NCBI GenBank assembly: GCA_900290335.1
Contig: OKRD01000013.1
Span: 23,329 to 87,328 of the forward strand
Length of the DNA stretch: 64,000 nt
Reading direction: 5' to 3'
From: Burkholderiales bacterium
Lineage (GTDB): Bacteria > Pseudomonadota > Gammaproteobacteria > Burkholderiales > Burkholderiaceae_F
In this document: one piece after another, positions 31,752-40,265 of the stretch
How positions within the stretch are numbered: position 1 is the first letter of the stretch
How the letters are laid out: each line of letters opens with the position of its first letter
Made by a program: the position numbers and the translations under genes
The notes under the pieces: generated by a model
Told to the model about the DNA's origin: nothing
What the model saw: only the letters and a program-made list of their open reading frames with translations
Database searches by the model: none

Positions 31752-33683
31752 CTAGAGCTTGGCCTCGATGCCGCCGATGATCATGCGCGGCAAGGTGTTG
31801 TAGCCGTCGACGAGCTGATAGCTGGCATTGAAAAGATTCTCCATGCGCAAATGCAGTTGCAACCTCGAACTCACCGCATACTGGAGAGCGAGCCGGGCCA
31901 AGTCGTAGGCAGGCAGTTGGACGAGCGCGCCCGAAAGAATCTGGTAGTCATTCCTCGCCCCAGTGCGCTGCAGATCCGCACTCGCGCTCCACGCTCCGTG
32001 CACATATCCGGCCGAGACCCTGGCGCTGTAGCTGGCGCGCCGCACCAGGGGCAAGCCGGTGTCGAGGTCGCGCGGCCGGTCCAGACTCAGACTGCCCCCG
32101 AGCCGCAGCGAGCCCATGGTAGCGGCCGCCTGCAGCTCGGCCCCGTCCATCGCGGCGTGTCCAACATTGGTCGCAACGTAACTCGGCGCAAGGCTCTGGA
32201 TCAGATCGGACACGCGGTTGCGGAAGAGCGCCGCGCTGGCGCTGGCGGAGCCTTGGGCCCAGCGCAAGCCCAGCTCCTCGCTGCGGGCGCGTTCGGGCTG
32301 CAGCGCCGGATTGCCGTACAGCGGGTAATACAGGTCGTTGAAGCTCGGCGCCCGGAAGGCGGTCGAAGCCTGCGCCGTCAGCTTCCACGAGGGATCGAAC
32401 CACCATCCCCATCCAATGAGCCCGGTGGTCGCGCTGCCGAAGTCGCTGTAGCGATCGTGGCGCACGTTCAACTGCCACTGCTGGCTGCCCAGGCGGCCGT
32501 TGGTGCCCATCCAGAAGGAATTCACCTGGCGCGAAAACTCGGTGAGCTGGTTGTTGCCCGATGGGTCATACGAGGTGGAGGCGCCGTACTGGTCCAGGTG
32601 TTCCCACCCGGCCGTCGCGTCGATGCCCGGCGCAAGGGTCGTCGTGTCCTGAAGCGCGATCTGCCGGGTGTGGCTGAAGAACTGGTTGTTGTCGTTGTCG
32701 GAGCCCGAAACGTCGTTGGGAACGTTGGAAACATTGACCGAGTTATCGTGCGTCTCGGACGCGCTCAGACGGATCTGCGAGTTGCCGAAGCGGGGCGCGC
32801 CCGACAGGCCATAGCCATACAGCGAAGCGTGCTCGATCTGCGTTGCCGCGCTGGTCGGTATGGTGGGGGGACTGGAATTGAAGGGATCGTCCCAGTCGGT
32901 GTCATTGCGGTTGCCCCAGGCCCAGGCGCTGAAGTCTCCCGTCGCGCCGTGCTGCTCCAGGCGCAGTGCACCGTTGCGGTTCCAATTGCCGTCGAGCGAC
33001 GGATTGATGAACGGAACCTGCGCCACGTCGATTGCCGAGATCGCCTGCTGGGATCGATATCCTAAGGAGGCACTCAAGATCGCATCGGCCACCATCGTGG
33101 TGGCGCTGAGGCTGGCATCGCGTGTGTGGCCCTGGCCGGCTTCGACCAACGCATCGGCGCCGGGATGGGCGCCGCCGCGCGTGAAGATCTGCACGACGCC
33201 GCCGATGGCCTCGGAGCCGTACAGGCTCGAGAGGTTGCCGCGCGCGATCTCGATGCGCTCGATCGAGTCGGTGGCGATTCCGCCCAGGTTGGCCGCGCCA
33301 TCGAGCACGCTGTTGAGGCGCACGCCATCGACCAGCACGAGGACCTGGTTGGAATTGGCCCCGCGCAGGAACAGCGAAGTCTGTGCTCCCTGTCCGCCGC
33401 TGCGGGCGAACTCGATCCCCGCCTGGCGTCCGAGCAGCTCCGCCAGGTCGCGCGATTGCGTGGTCTCGATGTCCTCGCGCGTGATGACCGTCACGCTGGG
33501 CAGGGCATCGCCGAGCGCTTGCTCCGATCGCGACGCCGTGACGACGATGGGAGCGCCGACGGCCTCCTGCGCGTGCGCCCGGCAAGACAGCAGCGCGCAG
33601 CACAGCGCCGCGGGAAAGCATAGCGGGAAGGCGAAACCCCGTGCGGCGGCGCGCGCGGCTCTGGACGACAACATGCCGGACAT
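31752..33683 (-). CDS. btuB: TonB-dependent cobalamin receptor
   Basis: TonB box-like IVVTASR, plug motifs (LRGANSNQVLVLVDG, IERIEI.RG..SSLYGSEAIGGV) and FRAPSFNDLYYP. RBS GGAGG; downstream of a B12 riboswitch. Confidence 0.9.
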   Translation of the reverse strand: MSGMLSSRAARAAARGFAFPLCFPAALCCALLSCRAHAQEAVGAPIVVTASRSEQALGDALPSVTVITREDIETTQSRDLAELLGRQAGIEFARSGGQGAQTSLFLRGANSNQVLVLVDGVRLNSVLDGAANLGGIATDSIERIEIARGNLSSLYGSEAIGGVVQIFTRGGAHPGADALVEAGQGHTRDASLSATTMVADAILSASLGYRSQQAISAIDVAQVPFINPSLDGNWNRNGALRLEQHGATGDFSAWAWGNRNDTDWDDPFNSSPPTIPTSAATQIEHASLYGYGLSGAPRFGNSQIRLSASETHDNSVNVSNVPNDVSGSDNDNNQFFSHTRQIALQDTTTLAPGIDATAGWEHLDQYGASTSYDPSGNNQLTEFSRQVNSFWMGTNGRLGSQQWQLNVRHDRYSDFGSATTGLIGWGWWFDPSWKLTAQASTAFRAPSFNDLYYPLYGNPALQPERARSEELGLRWAQGSASASAALFRNRVSDLIQSLAPSYVATNVGHAAMDGAELQAAATMGSLRLGGSLSLDRPRDLDTGLPLVRRASYSARVSAGYVHGAWSASADLQRTGARNDYQILSGALVQLPAYDLARLALQYAVSSRLQLHLRMENLFNASYQLVDGYNTLPRMIIGGIEAKL

Positions 33684-33830
33684 TCCTCCCCGGCCCACCG
33701 CCGGTACGGAGCGTCGGCAGCGAAATCCCGGCGAAGAACCGGCGGAGGCATCCGCCCGCTCTTCGCCGTCACCCCGCGGCGAACGCATGACGATCTCGCC
33801 GGTCGGCGCGAAGCGCCGCGCCGGCGAGCC

Positions 33831-34047
33831 CCCTTCGGCCGGTCTCCGGGCTGAGAGCATCCCGATCGCCTTCCCGCGATGCCGGGCGGCATCACAGTGG
33901 CAATTGATCAGGACGATGCTGGCGCAAATCGCCGGCGACGCTCTCTTACCGTTGCGGGGGCAGCACAGTTTGTGCGCGCAGGGCGCGCCACTGTTTCCCG
34001 TTTCACCGTCGACCGGCTGCTTTCCGATCGAGCGGAACCGAAGGCCC
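33831..34047 (-). ncRNA. Cobalamin (AdoCbl) riboswitch
   Basis: Minus strand reads CCTTCGGTT...AACGGGAA...GCTGCCCCCGCAACGGTAA...GCCACTG...GGGAAGGC...AGCCCGGAGACCGGCCGAAGG (B12 box plus P1 pairing). A -10 box TACACT sits at 34052-34057. Confidence 0.93.
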
Positions 34048-34087
34048 AAGGAGTGTAACAGCGCCGCCGCGGTGCTACCATCCCAGC

Positions 34088-34303
34088 ATGCTGGATCAAC
34101 TGGACGCACTGACATCGCGCATGCAGGACTTGGTTGCGCACGTGCGCCAGTTGCGTGACGAGAACCACATGCTGAGGACGCAGTTGGCCACGTCGCAGTC
34201 GGAGTTGGCGGAGCTCAACGAGCGCATCGCCACCGCGACCAAGCGCTTGGACGCACTGATCGAGCGGCTGCCGCGCGAGCTGCGCGAGGCCGATGGCGCA
34301 TGA
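34088..34303 (+). CDS. ZapB-like short coiled-coil protein
   Basis: Heptad-rich 71 aa protein (LDALTSRMQDL..LRDENH..LDALIERLP) directly upstream of zapA. Confidence 0.75.
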   Translation: MLDQLDALTSRMQDLVAHVRQLRDENHMLRTQLATSQSELAELNERIATATKRLDALIERLPRELREADGA

Positions 34304-34403
34304 AGTCCGATGGGCCGCAATCCGATGACGTCTAACGCGGCGAGCGTCTTGGCCAAAGCGACGCTGCCCGGCCGGCGTCGTCCCTGACCCGGAGTCCGGC
34401 GCG

Positions 34404-34703
34404 ATGGAGCAGATCACTCTTAGCATACTCGGCCGCGAATACCGCGTGGCGTGCCGCCCGGAGGAGCGCAACGAGCTGCTCGCCTGCGCCCATTACGTCG
34501 ATCAGAAGATGGCCGCCATACGCGACGGCGGCAAGGTCCTGGGGGCCGACCGCGTCGCAGTCATGGCCGCGTTGCAGATCGCGCAGGAATTGTTTGGCAC
34601 CAAGGGCACCGACGGCGCCGCGATTGCCGATGTGCGCCGGCGCCTGCGCGACCTCACTGCGCTCGCCGACGAAATTCTGGCCCCGCAAGAAAAGCTGTTC
34701 TAG
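34404..34703 (+). CDS. zapA: Cell division protein ZapA
   Basis: ILGREYRVAC, YVDQKM and RVAVMAAL. Confidence 0.93.
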   Translation: MEQITLSILGREYRVACRPEERNELLACAHYVDQKMAAIRDGGKVLGADRVAVMAALQIAQELFGTKGTDGAAIADVRRRLRDLTALADEILAPQEKLF

Positions 34704-34761
34704 GGGTTCATTTCCTGCGGTGCCCGGCACCGTCAGGCGGCTGCGGCGGTTAGAATGGGGC

Positions 34762-34939
34762 GTCCCTGCGGTGTTCGCGCAAAGGCCTTTTTGTTCCTTG
34801 AACCAATGCGCATTGCGCTAGGTCGCCGCGCTCGTGTCGTGGTGTGATCGGCACGCGTTTGCTGAACCTAAACTACGCGGACGGCAACCAACCTGAACCC
34901 TAGGTTCAGGGCAACAGGCCGGGCGGCACGCGCGGGGAT
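34762..34939 (+). ncRNA. ssrS: 6S RNA
   Basis: Downstream of zapA and after a TAGAAT -10 box (34751-34756). The 5' GTCCCTGCGGTGTTCGC pairs with the 3' GCGGCACGCGCGGGGAT. It has the CCTTGAACC and CCTGAACC-CTA-GGTTCAGG elements and is about 180 nt long. Confidence 0.88.
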
Positions 34940-34973
34940 TTTTCCTTCGAGCACACCCTTACCCCGGGGAGCG

Positions 34974-35453
34974 GTGCCGCCGGTGCGCTATTGGTTGATG
35001 AAGTCCGAGCCGAGCGAGTGCTCCATCGATGACGCACTTGCCGCGCCCGGCTCGATGGTTCCATGGACCGGGGTGCGCAACTACCAGGCGCGCAACTTCC
35101 TGCGCGACCAGATGCACGTCGGCGACGGCGTGCTCTTCTACCACTCGAGCTGCGCCCAGCCCGGCATCGCCGGGATCGCGCAGATCGCGAGCGAACCGTA
35201 TCCCGACCCCAGCCAGTTCGACCCACGGAGCAAGTATTTCGATGCCGGCTCCAAGGCGGCCGATCCACGCTGGATCCTGGTCGATGTTCGCGCCGTGCGC
35301 AAGACGCGCTTGGTGAGCATCGCCGAACTGCGGGCGCAAAAAGAGCTTGCGGACATGCTGATCCTGCGACGGGGCAACCGGCTGTCGATAACGCCGGTGA
35401 CGCCAGGCCAGTGGCGCATCATCACGCGCCGCCTGCTCGCCGGCCAATCGTGA
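34974..35453 (+). CDS. EVE domain protein
   Basis: YWLMKSEP, WTGVRNYQARN, FYHSSC and RLSITPV; alternative GTG start at 34983. Confidence 0.93.
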   Translation: MPPVRYWLMKSEPSECSIDDALAAPGSMVPWTGVRNYQARNFLRDQMHVGDGVLFYHSSCAQPGIAGIAQIASEPYPDPSQFDPRSKYFDAGSKAADPRWILVDVRAVRKTRLVSIAELRAQKELADMLILRRGNRLSITPVTPGQWRIITRRLLAGQS

Positions 35454-35472
35454 CCGCGTCCTCGGGCGCGCC

Positions 35473-36411
35473 CTACTGGCTGGTCGACGCCAGGTACGCG
35501 AAGGCCGGTCGGGCCAGCGCCACGGTGCGCCACGCCCGCTGCGCTTCGCTGCGCAGGCCGGCCTGCGCGAGCGCCATCGCCAGCAGCACGTCCTCGGCCG
35601 TGGCACCGGCGCCGTGCCGCTCATCGCGGGCCTGCTCCACGGCGCGACGCAAGGCGCGAATCCGCTCCTGCGTGGCCGCGTCGACGATGCGAAACTCGGC
35701 CGCGGCGACCGCGTGGCGGCCGTCATCGGCGCTGGCTTCGACCGTCCAAAGGTAGGTCTGCTCGCGCGCCCACGGCAACTGCTCGGGCAGTGCCGCGACG
35801 GTGGCGCGGGTGCTGGTCGAGAAGACGATTGCGCCCCGCGAATCGATCACCCGCACTGCGTACGTCCAGCTCTCGGGGCGCGGCCCGTGCGGTTGATCCC
35901 ATCGCAACTCGTCCAGCGGCGCGTCCAGCTGTGCGCCCATAGGCGAGCGCAGCTCGAGTCGCTCGCCCGGCGCACCGCGCAGCGCGACGCTGGCGCGGCC
36001 CACGGGGCCGGGCGCGATCCGCAGGCCGCGCCAGGCCTGGGCGAGATCGCGCACCGCGATCCGGGCACCCGCGTCCAGGCCGACGGCCTCGTCGGCCCGC
36101 ACCGCAAAGCGCCCCGGACCCGACAAGGAGAACACGCGGCCGTTGCCAAGGAAAAAGACGAGCTCCACGTGCGCATGCGCCTGCAGCCAGAGCTGATCGG
36201 AACGCTCGAGCGGGTCCAGCGCGGCAACGGCGTGGGCGCGGCCGGAGCGATGAATGCTCGCGCCGCCATCGACGTCGGTGACGACGGCAACCGGTCCATC
36301 GGCCACGCGCAGCCCGTCGCCGCCGGCCAGGGCGCAGCCACAGCTCACCGCTGCCAGCAGTGCGCCCAGCGCGGCGAATCGTCGCCCGCCCCTTTGCCAG
36401 CGCGCCATCAT
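35473..36411 (-). CDS. Exported protein with an N-terminal FecR-like beta domain and a C-terminal DUF928-like region
   Basis: Signal peptide (RRFAALGALLAAVSCGCALA) and RBS GGAGG. Beta-rich VAVVTDVDG...LSGPG region, then LRW...YLWTVEA...EFRIV...LAQAGL..EA. The domain names are by resemblance only. Confidence 0.6.
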   Translation of the reverse strand: MMARWQRGGRRFAALGALLAAVSCGCALAGGDGLRVADGPVAVVTDVDGGASIHRSGRAHAVAALDPLERSDQLWLQAHAHVELVFFLGNGRVFSLSGPGRFAVRADEAVGLDAGARIAVRDLAQAWRGLRIAPGPVGRASVALRGAPGERLELRSPMGAQLDAPLDELRWDQPHGPRPESWTYAVRVIDSRGAIVFSTSTRATVAALPEQLPWAREQTYLWTVEASADDGRHAVAAAEFRIVDAATQERIRALRRAVEQARDERHGAGATAEDVLLAMALAQAGLRSEAQRAWRTVALARPAFAYLASTSQ

Positions 36412-36511
36412 CGGCCCTCCCCGGGGAAAAGCGTATTGCGGATCGCCGGCGCCGGGAAGAGCAGCTGCGCCATCCGTGCACCAAGAACGCGGTAGTCGTA
36501 CTGCCGATGAT

Positions 36512-38497
36512 TCACGAGACCGCGCCTGGCAACTCGGCGCTCGCCGCGCCCTTCCAGCCGCAAATTGCCACCGGCGTGTGTCCCTTGAGCGCGTGCGTGC
36601 CGAGCTCGCACCAGCCGGGGGCGGCGGTCGACAGGCGCAGTGCAAAAGCTTGTGTCATCACCACGGGAAAGCCCAGCAGCTTGGCCAGCTCTTGCAAGCG
36701 CGCGGCCACATTTACCGCGTCGCCCAACGCGGTGTAATCCTTGCGCTCCGCACTGCCCAGATCACCCAGCACGACCTCGCCGAACGCCAAGCCGATGGCC
36801 GCTTCGATCGCCGCGATCCCGCGGGGAGCGAAGTCGAGCTGATTGAGACGGTCGATCGCCGCAATGATCTGGCGCGCGGCGGCAAAGGCGCTGTCGCATG
36901 GCTGCACATGCGGTTCTGGTGCACCGAACATCACCATGATGCCGTCGCCCCGGAAGTTGTCGATCGTGCCGCCGTGCGCGTGGAGCAGCGGGGTAATGGC
37001 GGCGTAGTACCGATTGAGCGCGTCGCGCACAACTTCCGGGTCAGCCGTCTCCGACCAGGTCGTGAAACCGCGAAGGTCGGCAAACAAGAGGGCGATCGCG
37101 CGGCGCGTGCTGGTGCCATCGACCCGATCCTCCAGGACCGCGCGCAGCAGCTGCGGGCTCAGGTAGCCACCAAAGGTTCGGGTCAGCCGCTCTCGCTCGC
37201 GGCGCGCGCGTGCCAGGTCCAGCGCGGTACGGACCACCACCGCGCTCGAGGCGGCGACGATGGCGCCGCCGGGCGCGACAAACCAACCCGCGGCGTGCAG
37301 CGCCGTCGAGGCCGCGAAAGCGCCGGACGCGGCGCCGGACCATGCCCACCAGCGGGCCCACGGCCCGGCGACCAGGCCGATCGATGCCATCGCCGCGAGC
37401 AGCGCGATCCGGGTGGGCAGCCCCACGGGACGCAGCAGGCCCACGCCCAAAGCGTTGCGCAGCACCTGCGCATTGAGGATCACCCCGGGCGGAGGTGTGG
37501 CCGGGTACTCCCAGCCAACCAGCGAGACCGGAAGACGCAAGCGGTCGAGGAACGGCAGGACCGAGCCGAGCAAAACGACTCGCCCGCCAAAGTGCTCGCG
37601 CAAGCGGGTGCTGTCGCCGCCTTCATACCAGCCGACGACGTCGAGCAGCGGGACGTAGGAAAACGCGCTCCCGCGCGTGAAGTCGATCCAACCGGGCCGC
37701 GACAGCTCGGGTTCGCGTCCGAAGCGACGGGCAAGGCGTGCGGCAAAGGTCGGCAAGGCGCTGGGGGCATGCTCCGCCAAGCCCTGCGGGAGTTGCCGCG
37801 CGCGCACCGTTGCCGGCGCCGAGGGCGCGGCGTCCGGATCCTCGCCGGCCACGCAGCTGCGGCGATCGCGGGCGGGCATGCCGACTGGATCGGGATCGAA
37901 GCGACGGACAACCCCGTCGCAGTCGACGGGAAACAGCGGCAGGCCAAAGGCCTGGGTTCCCCCGGCCGCGGCCAGCAACGCCGGCGACGGGATCCGCAGG
38001 CGCCCGGCGGCATCGACGTCGAGCGCCAGGACGAGGTCGGCCGCGTGGCGGGCCGCGAGCAGGCCCCCCATCAGGTCGCGCTCCAGCCCCGGGCGCAGGT
38101 GATCGAAGGACTGCTCGGGCAATGCCATGTCCAGGCCGATTGCCATCGGCCGCGCGGCGGCGATTGCCTCCAGGGCCTGGCCCAGGGGTGCGTGCAGCAT
38201 CGCCAGCGGCACACCGAAGGCGGCCAAGCTCGCCTCGTCGACTCCCACGACGACCACCTCCTGCGCCGATGCCCCGCCGGCCGCCGGATCGCGCATGGCC
38301 CGCACGATGCCGACCTGGGCGTCGAAGCTAAGCTCGTCGAGCCGCTCGAGGAAGGTTGTCTGCGACGCGCTGCCCGCGAGCGCGATGCCCACCAGGGCCG
38401 CAGCAAGACCCCGGGTGCGCCCGCCCCTGGGGCCCCCGGGTGGGAGCAGCCAGCGGCGCCGCCCGGCCGACCGCGTTGCAAGGCTCTGGACTGACAT
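36512..38497 (-). CDS. CHASE2-domain membrane class III nucleotide cyclase
   Basis: N-terminal TM, VVVVGVDEASL, AIGLD, DGVVRR, GRVVLLG, PGVILNA and three TMs. Catalytic domain LFADLRGFT, DNFRGDG and YTALGDAVNVAARLQ. Confidence 0.9.
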   Translation of the reverse strand: MSVQSLATRSAGRRRWLLPPGGPRGGRTRGLAAALVGIALAGSASQTTFLERLDELSFDAQVGIVRAMRDPAAGGASAQEVVVVGVDEASLAAFGVPLAMLHAPLGQALEAIAAARPMAIGLDMALPEQSFDHLRPGLERDLMGGLLAARHAADLVLALDVDAAGRLRIPSPALLAAAGGTQAFGLPLFPVDCDGVVRRFDPDPVGMPARDRRSCVAGEDPDAAPSAPATVRARQLPQGLAEHAPSALPTFAARLARRFGREPELSRPGWIDFTRGSAFSYVPLLDVVGWYEGGDSTRLREHFGGRVVLLGSVLPFLDRLRLPVSLVGWEYPATPPPGVILNAQVLRNALGVGLLRPVGLPTRIALLAAMASIGLVAGPWARWWAWSGAASGAFAASTALHAAGWFVAPGGAIVAASSAVVVRTALDLARARRERERLTRTFGGYLSPQLLRAVLEDRVDGTSTRRAIALLFADLRGFTTWSETADPEVVRDALNRYYAAITPLLHAHGGTIDNFRGDGIMVMFGAPEPHVQPCDSAFAAARQIIAAIDRLNQLDFAPRGIAAIEAAIGLAFGEVVLGDLGSAERKDYTALGDAVNVAARLQELAKLLGFPVVMTQAFALRLSTAAPGWCELGTHALKGHTPVAICGWKGAASAELPGAVS

Positions 38498-38598
38498 GGC
38501 GAATTCCCGCGCCAAGCAAGACGGGGGCATTGTCGCATCCGCGCCGCACAGCGGCGCTGCCGATCGCAGCCGCGCCAGGCGCAGGCCGCGGCAGCACG

Positions 38599-38663
38599 GT
38601 GCCCGCGCCACTTGTCAGTGCCGGGGCAAATCGGATAATGTGCCCGGGCCAGTGCCGGGGCAG
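38599..38663 (+). promoter_or_regulatory. Putative sigma-70 promoter of the Crp gene, overlapped by four degenerate 12-bp repeats
   Basis: TTGTCA (38612-38617)-N16-GATAAT (38634-38639). Repeats GTGCCCGCGCCA, GTGCCGGGGCAA, GTGCCCGGGCCA and GTGCCGGGGCAG at 38599, 38618, 38640 and 38652. Confidence 0.45.
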
Positions 38664-38738
38664 AAGCATGCGCGGCGGCCGATGCGCCGCGACGGCGGCG
38701 CGGCCAGCGAGCACGCACAGCACGGGCGCGGGAGGCTC

Positions 38739-39383
38739 ATGGAGACCTGGGATCCGGCAATCCAGAAAATCGCGGACCCGGTGGCGCGGGAGCTGGCGGC
38801 GCGCGGCCGCGTTCGCTGCTTTCCTAAGGACAGCCTCATCATCCGCGAGCACGACCCCGGAGGCGCCCTGTTCGTCATCCTGGCCGGCGCGGTCCAGGTC
38901 TATGTCTCCGGTGCCAAGGGCCAGGAAATGGTGCTCGGCCGCTACGGCGCGCCCCAATACATCGGCGAGATGGCGCTCGATGGCGATGCGCGCTGCGCGT
39001 CGGTGCGCGCGCTAGAGGCCACGGTGTGTTCGGTCGTGACGCGAAGGGCGTTGCTCTCGGCGATCCGCACCGACCCGCGCATTGCCGTGCGCATGCTTGC
39101 CACGGTCAGCCACCGATCGCGCATCGCCACCGGCGTCGTCAAGAGCCTGGCCCTGCTCGATGTCTATACCCGGGTCGCGCGGCTGCTGTCGTCGTTGGAG
39201 TACGTCGAGATCGACGGCCTGCCCTGGTCGCGCGAACGCTTGACGCAGCGGGAAATCGCCCGCCGCGTCGGTGCCTGTCGGGACATGATCAGCCGCATCT
39301 TCAAGGACCTCAGGGCGGGCGGCTATGTCGCCGTCCGCGACAAGCGCGTCAGGATGCTGCGCCAGCCGCCGGCGCGCTGGTAG
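38739..39383 (+). CDS. Crp/Fnr-family cNMP-binding transcription regulator
   Basis: RBS GGAGG; phosphate-binding cassette [24 protein letters not shown] hinge and [24 protein letters not shown]. Confidence 0.9.
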   Translation: METWDPAIQKIADPVARELAARGRVRCFPKDSLIIREHDPGGALFVILAGAVQVYVSGAKGQEMVLGRYGAPQYIGEMALDGDARCASVRALEATVCSVVTRRALLSAIRTDPRIAVRMLATVSHRSRIATGVVKSLALLDVYTRVARLLSSLEYVEIDGLPWSRERLTQREIARRVGACRDMISRIFKDLRAGGYVAVRDKRVRMLRQPPARW

Positions 39384-40173
39384 CGCGCGCCCGCCGCAAC
39401 AGCACCGGCAGCAGGGCCGCGCCAGCGAGCACCATCGGCAGCGACAGCCACTGTCCCATCGAAAGGTGCATCGCCAGCAGACCGAGAAAGTCGTCGGGCT
39501 CGCGCCCAAACTCGGCGACGATGCGCAGCAGACCGTAACCGATAAGGAATGCGCAGCCGACGACGCCGGGCGCGCGCGGCTTGCGCGAAAACCACCACAG
39601 TATCGCGAACAGCAGCAAGCCCTCGAGCGCGAATTGGTACAACTGCGAGGGATGCCGCGGAATGCTGTCATGCGCCTGCGGAAAAACCATCGCCCATGGC
39701 CATACGTTCGGATCCGCCGGCCGTCCCCAGAGCTCGCCATTGATGAAATTTCCCATCCGCCCCGCGGCCAGGCCGAGGGGGATCAAGGGCACCGCGAAGT
39801 CGGCCACTTGCAGGAAGCTCTTCTGGCGCACGCGAGCGAACAGCCACAGCACGATCACCACGCCGACGATTCCCCCGTGCGATGCCATTCCACCCTTCCA
39901 CAGCATCGGGATCTCCAGCGGATGTTCCAGGTAGTACCCCGGCCGGTAGAACAGGACGTAGCCGAGGCGGCCGCCGAGGATGACGCCGAAGACCCCCCAG
40001 AACAGCAGATCCTCGACATCGCGGGCGCTGAACCCGCGCCATGCATCACGGGCACGCCGTCTTCCCAGTGTCAGGAAGAGCAGGAAGCCCAGCAGGTACA
40101 TGAGCCCGTACCAGCGCACGGGCAGCGGCCCGATCCAGAATGCAACCGGGTCAAATTGCGGGTGGATCAGCAT
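39349..40173 (-). CDS. lgt: Prolipoprotein diacylglyceryl transferase
   Basis: [35 protein letters not shown] and HPSQLY. Confidence 0.97.
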   Translation of the reverse strand: MLIHPQFDPVAFWIGPLPVRWYGLMYLLGFLLFLTLGRRRARDAWRGFSARDVEDLLFWGVFGVILGGRLGYVLFYRPGYYLEHPLEIPMLWKGGMASHGGIVGVVIVLWLFARVRQKSFLQVADFAVPLIPLGLAAGRMGNFINGELWGRPADPNVWPWAMVFPQAHDSIPRHPSQLYQFALEGLLLFAILWWFSRKPRAPGVVGCAFLIGYGLLRIVAEFGREPDDFLGLLAMHLSMGQWLSLPMVLAGAALLPVLLRRARATSAPAAGAAS

Positions 40174-40265
40174 GAGGGCGGCGGAGTCGGCGCAATTGCG
40201 GCCTAGAATTGCGCATTGTAGTGTCCGTCCGCGCAATCCCGCAGACGCTGTCCCCGGAAACCCAC

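Noticed and set aside
33684-34115. N-terminal extension of the btuB ORF
   Set aside because: It runs through the cobalamin riboswitch; the ATG at 33683 has an SD and is followed by a signal peptide.
34404-35453. zapA-6S RNA-EVE linkage as a novel system
   Set aside because: This is a previously described conserved proteobacterial neighbourhood.
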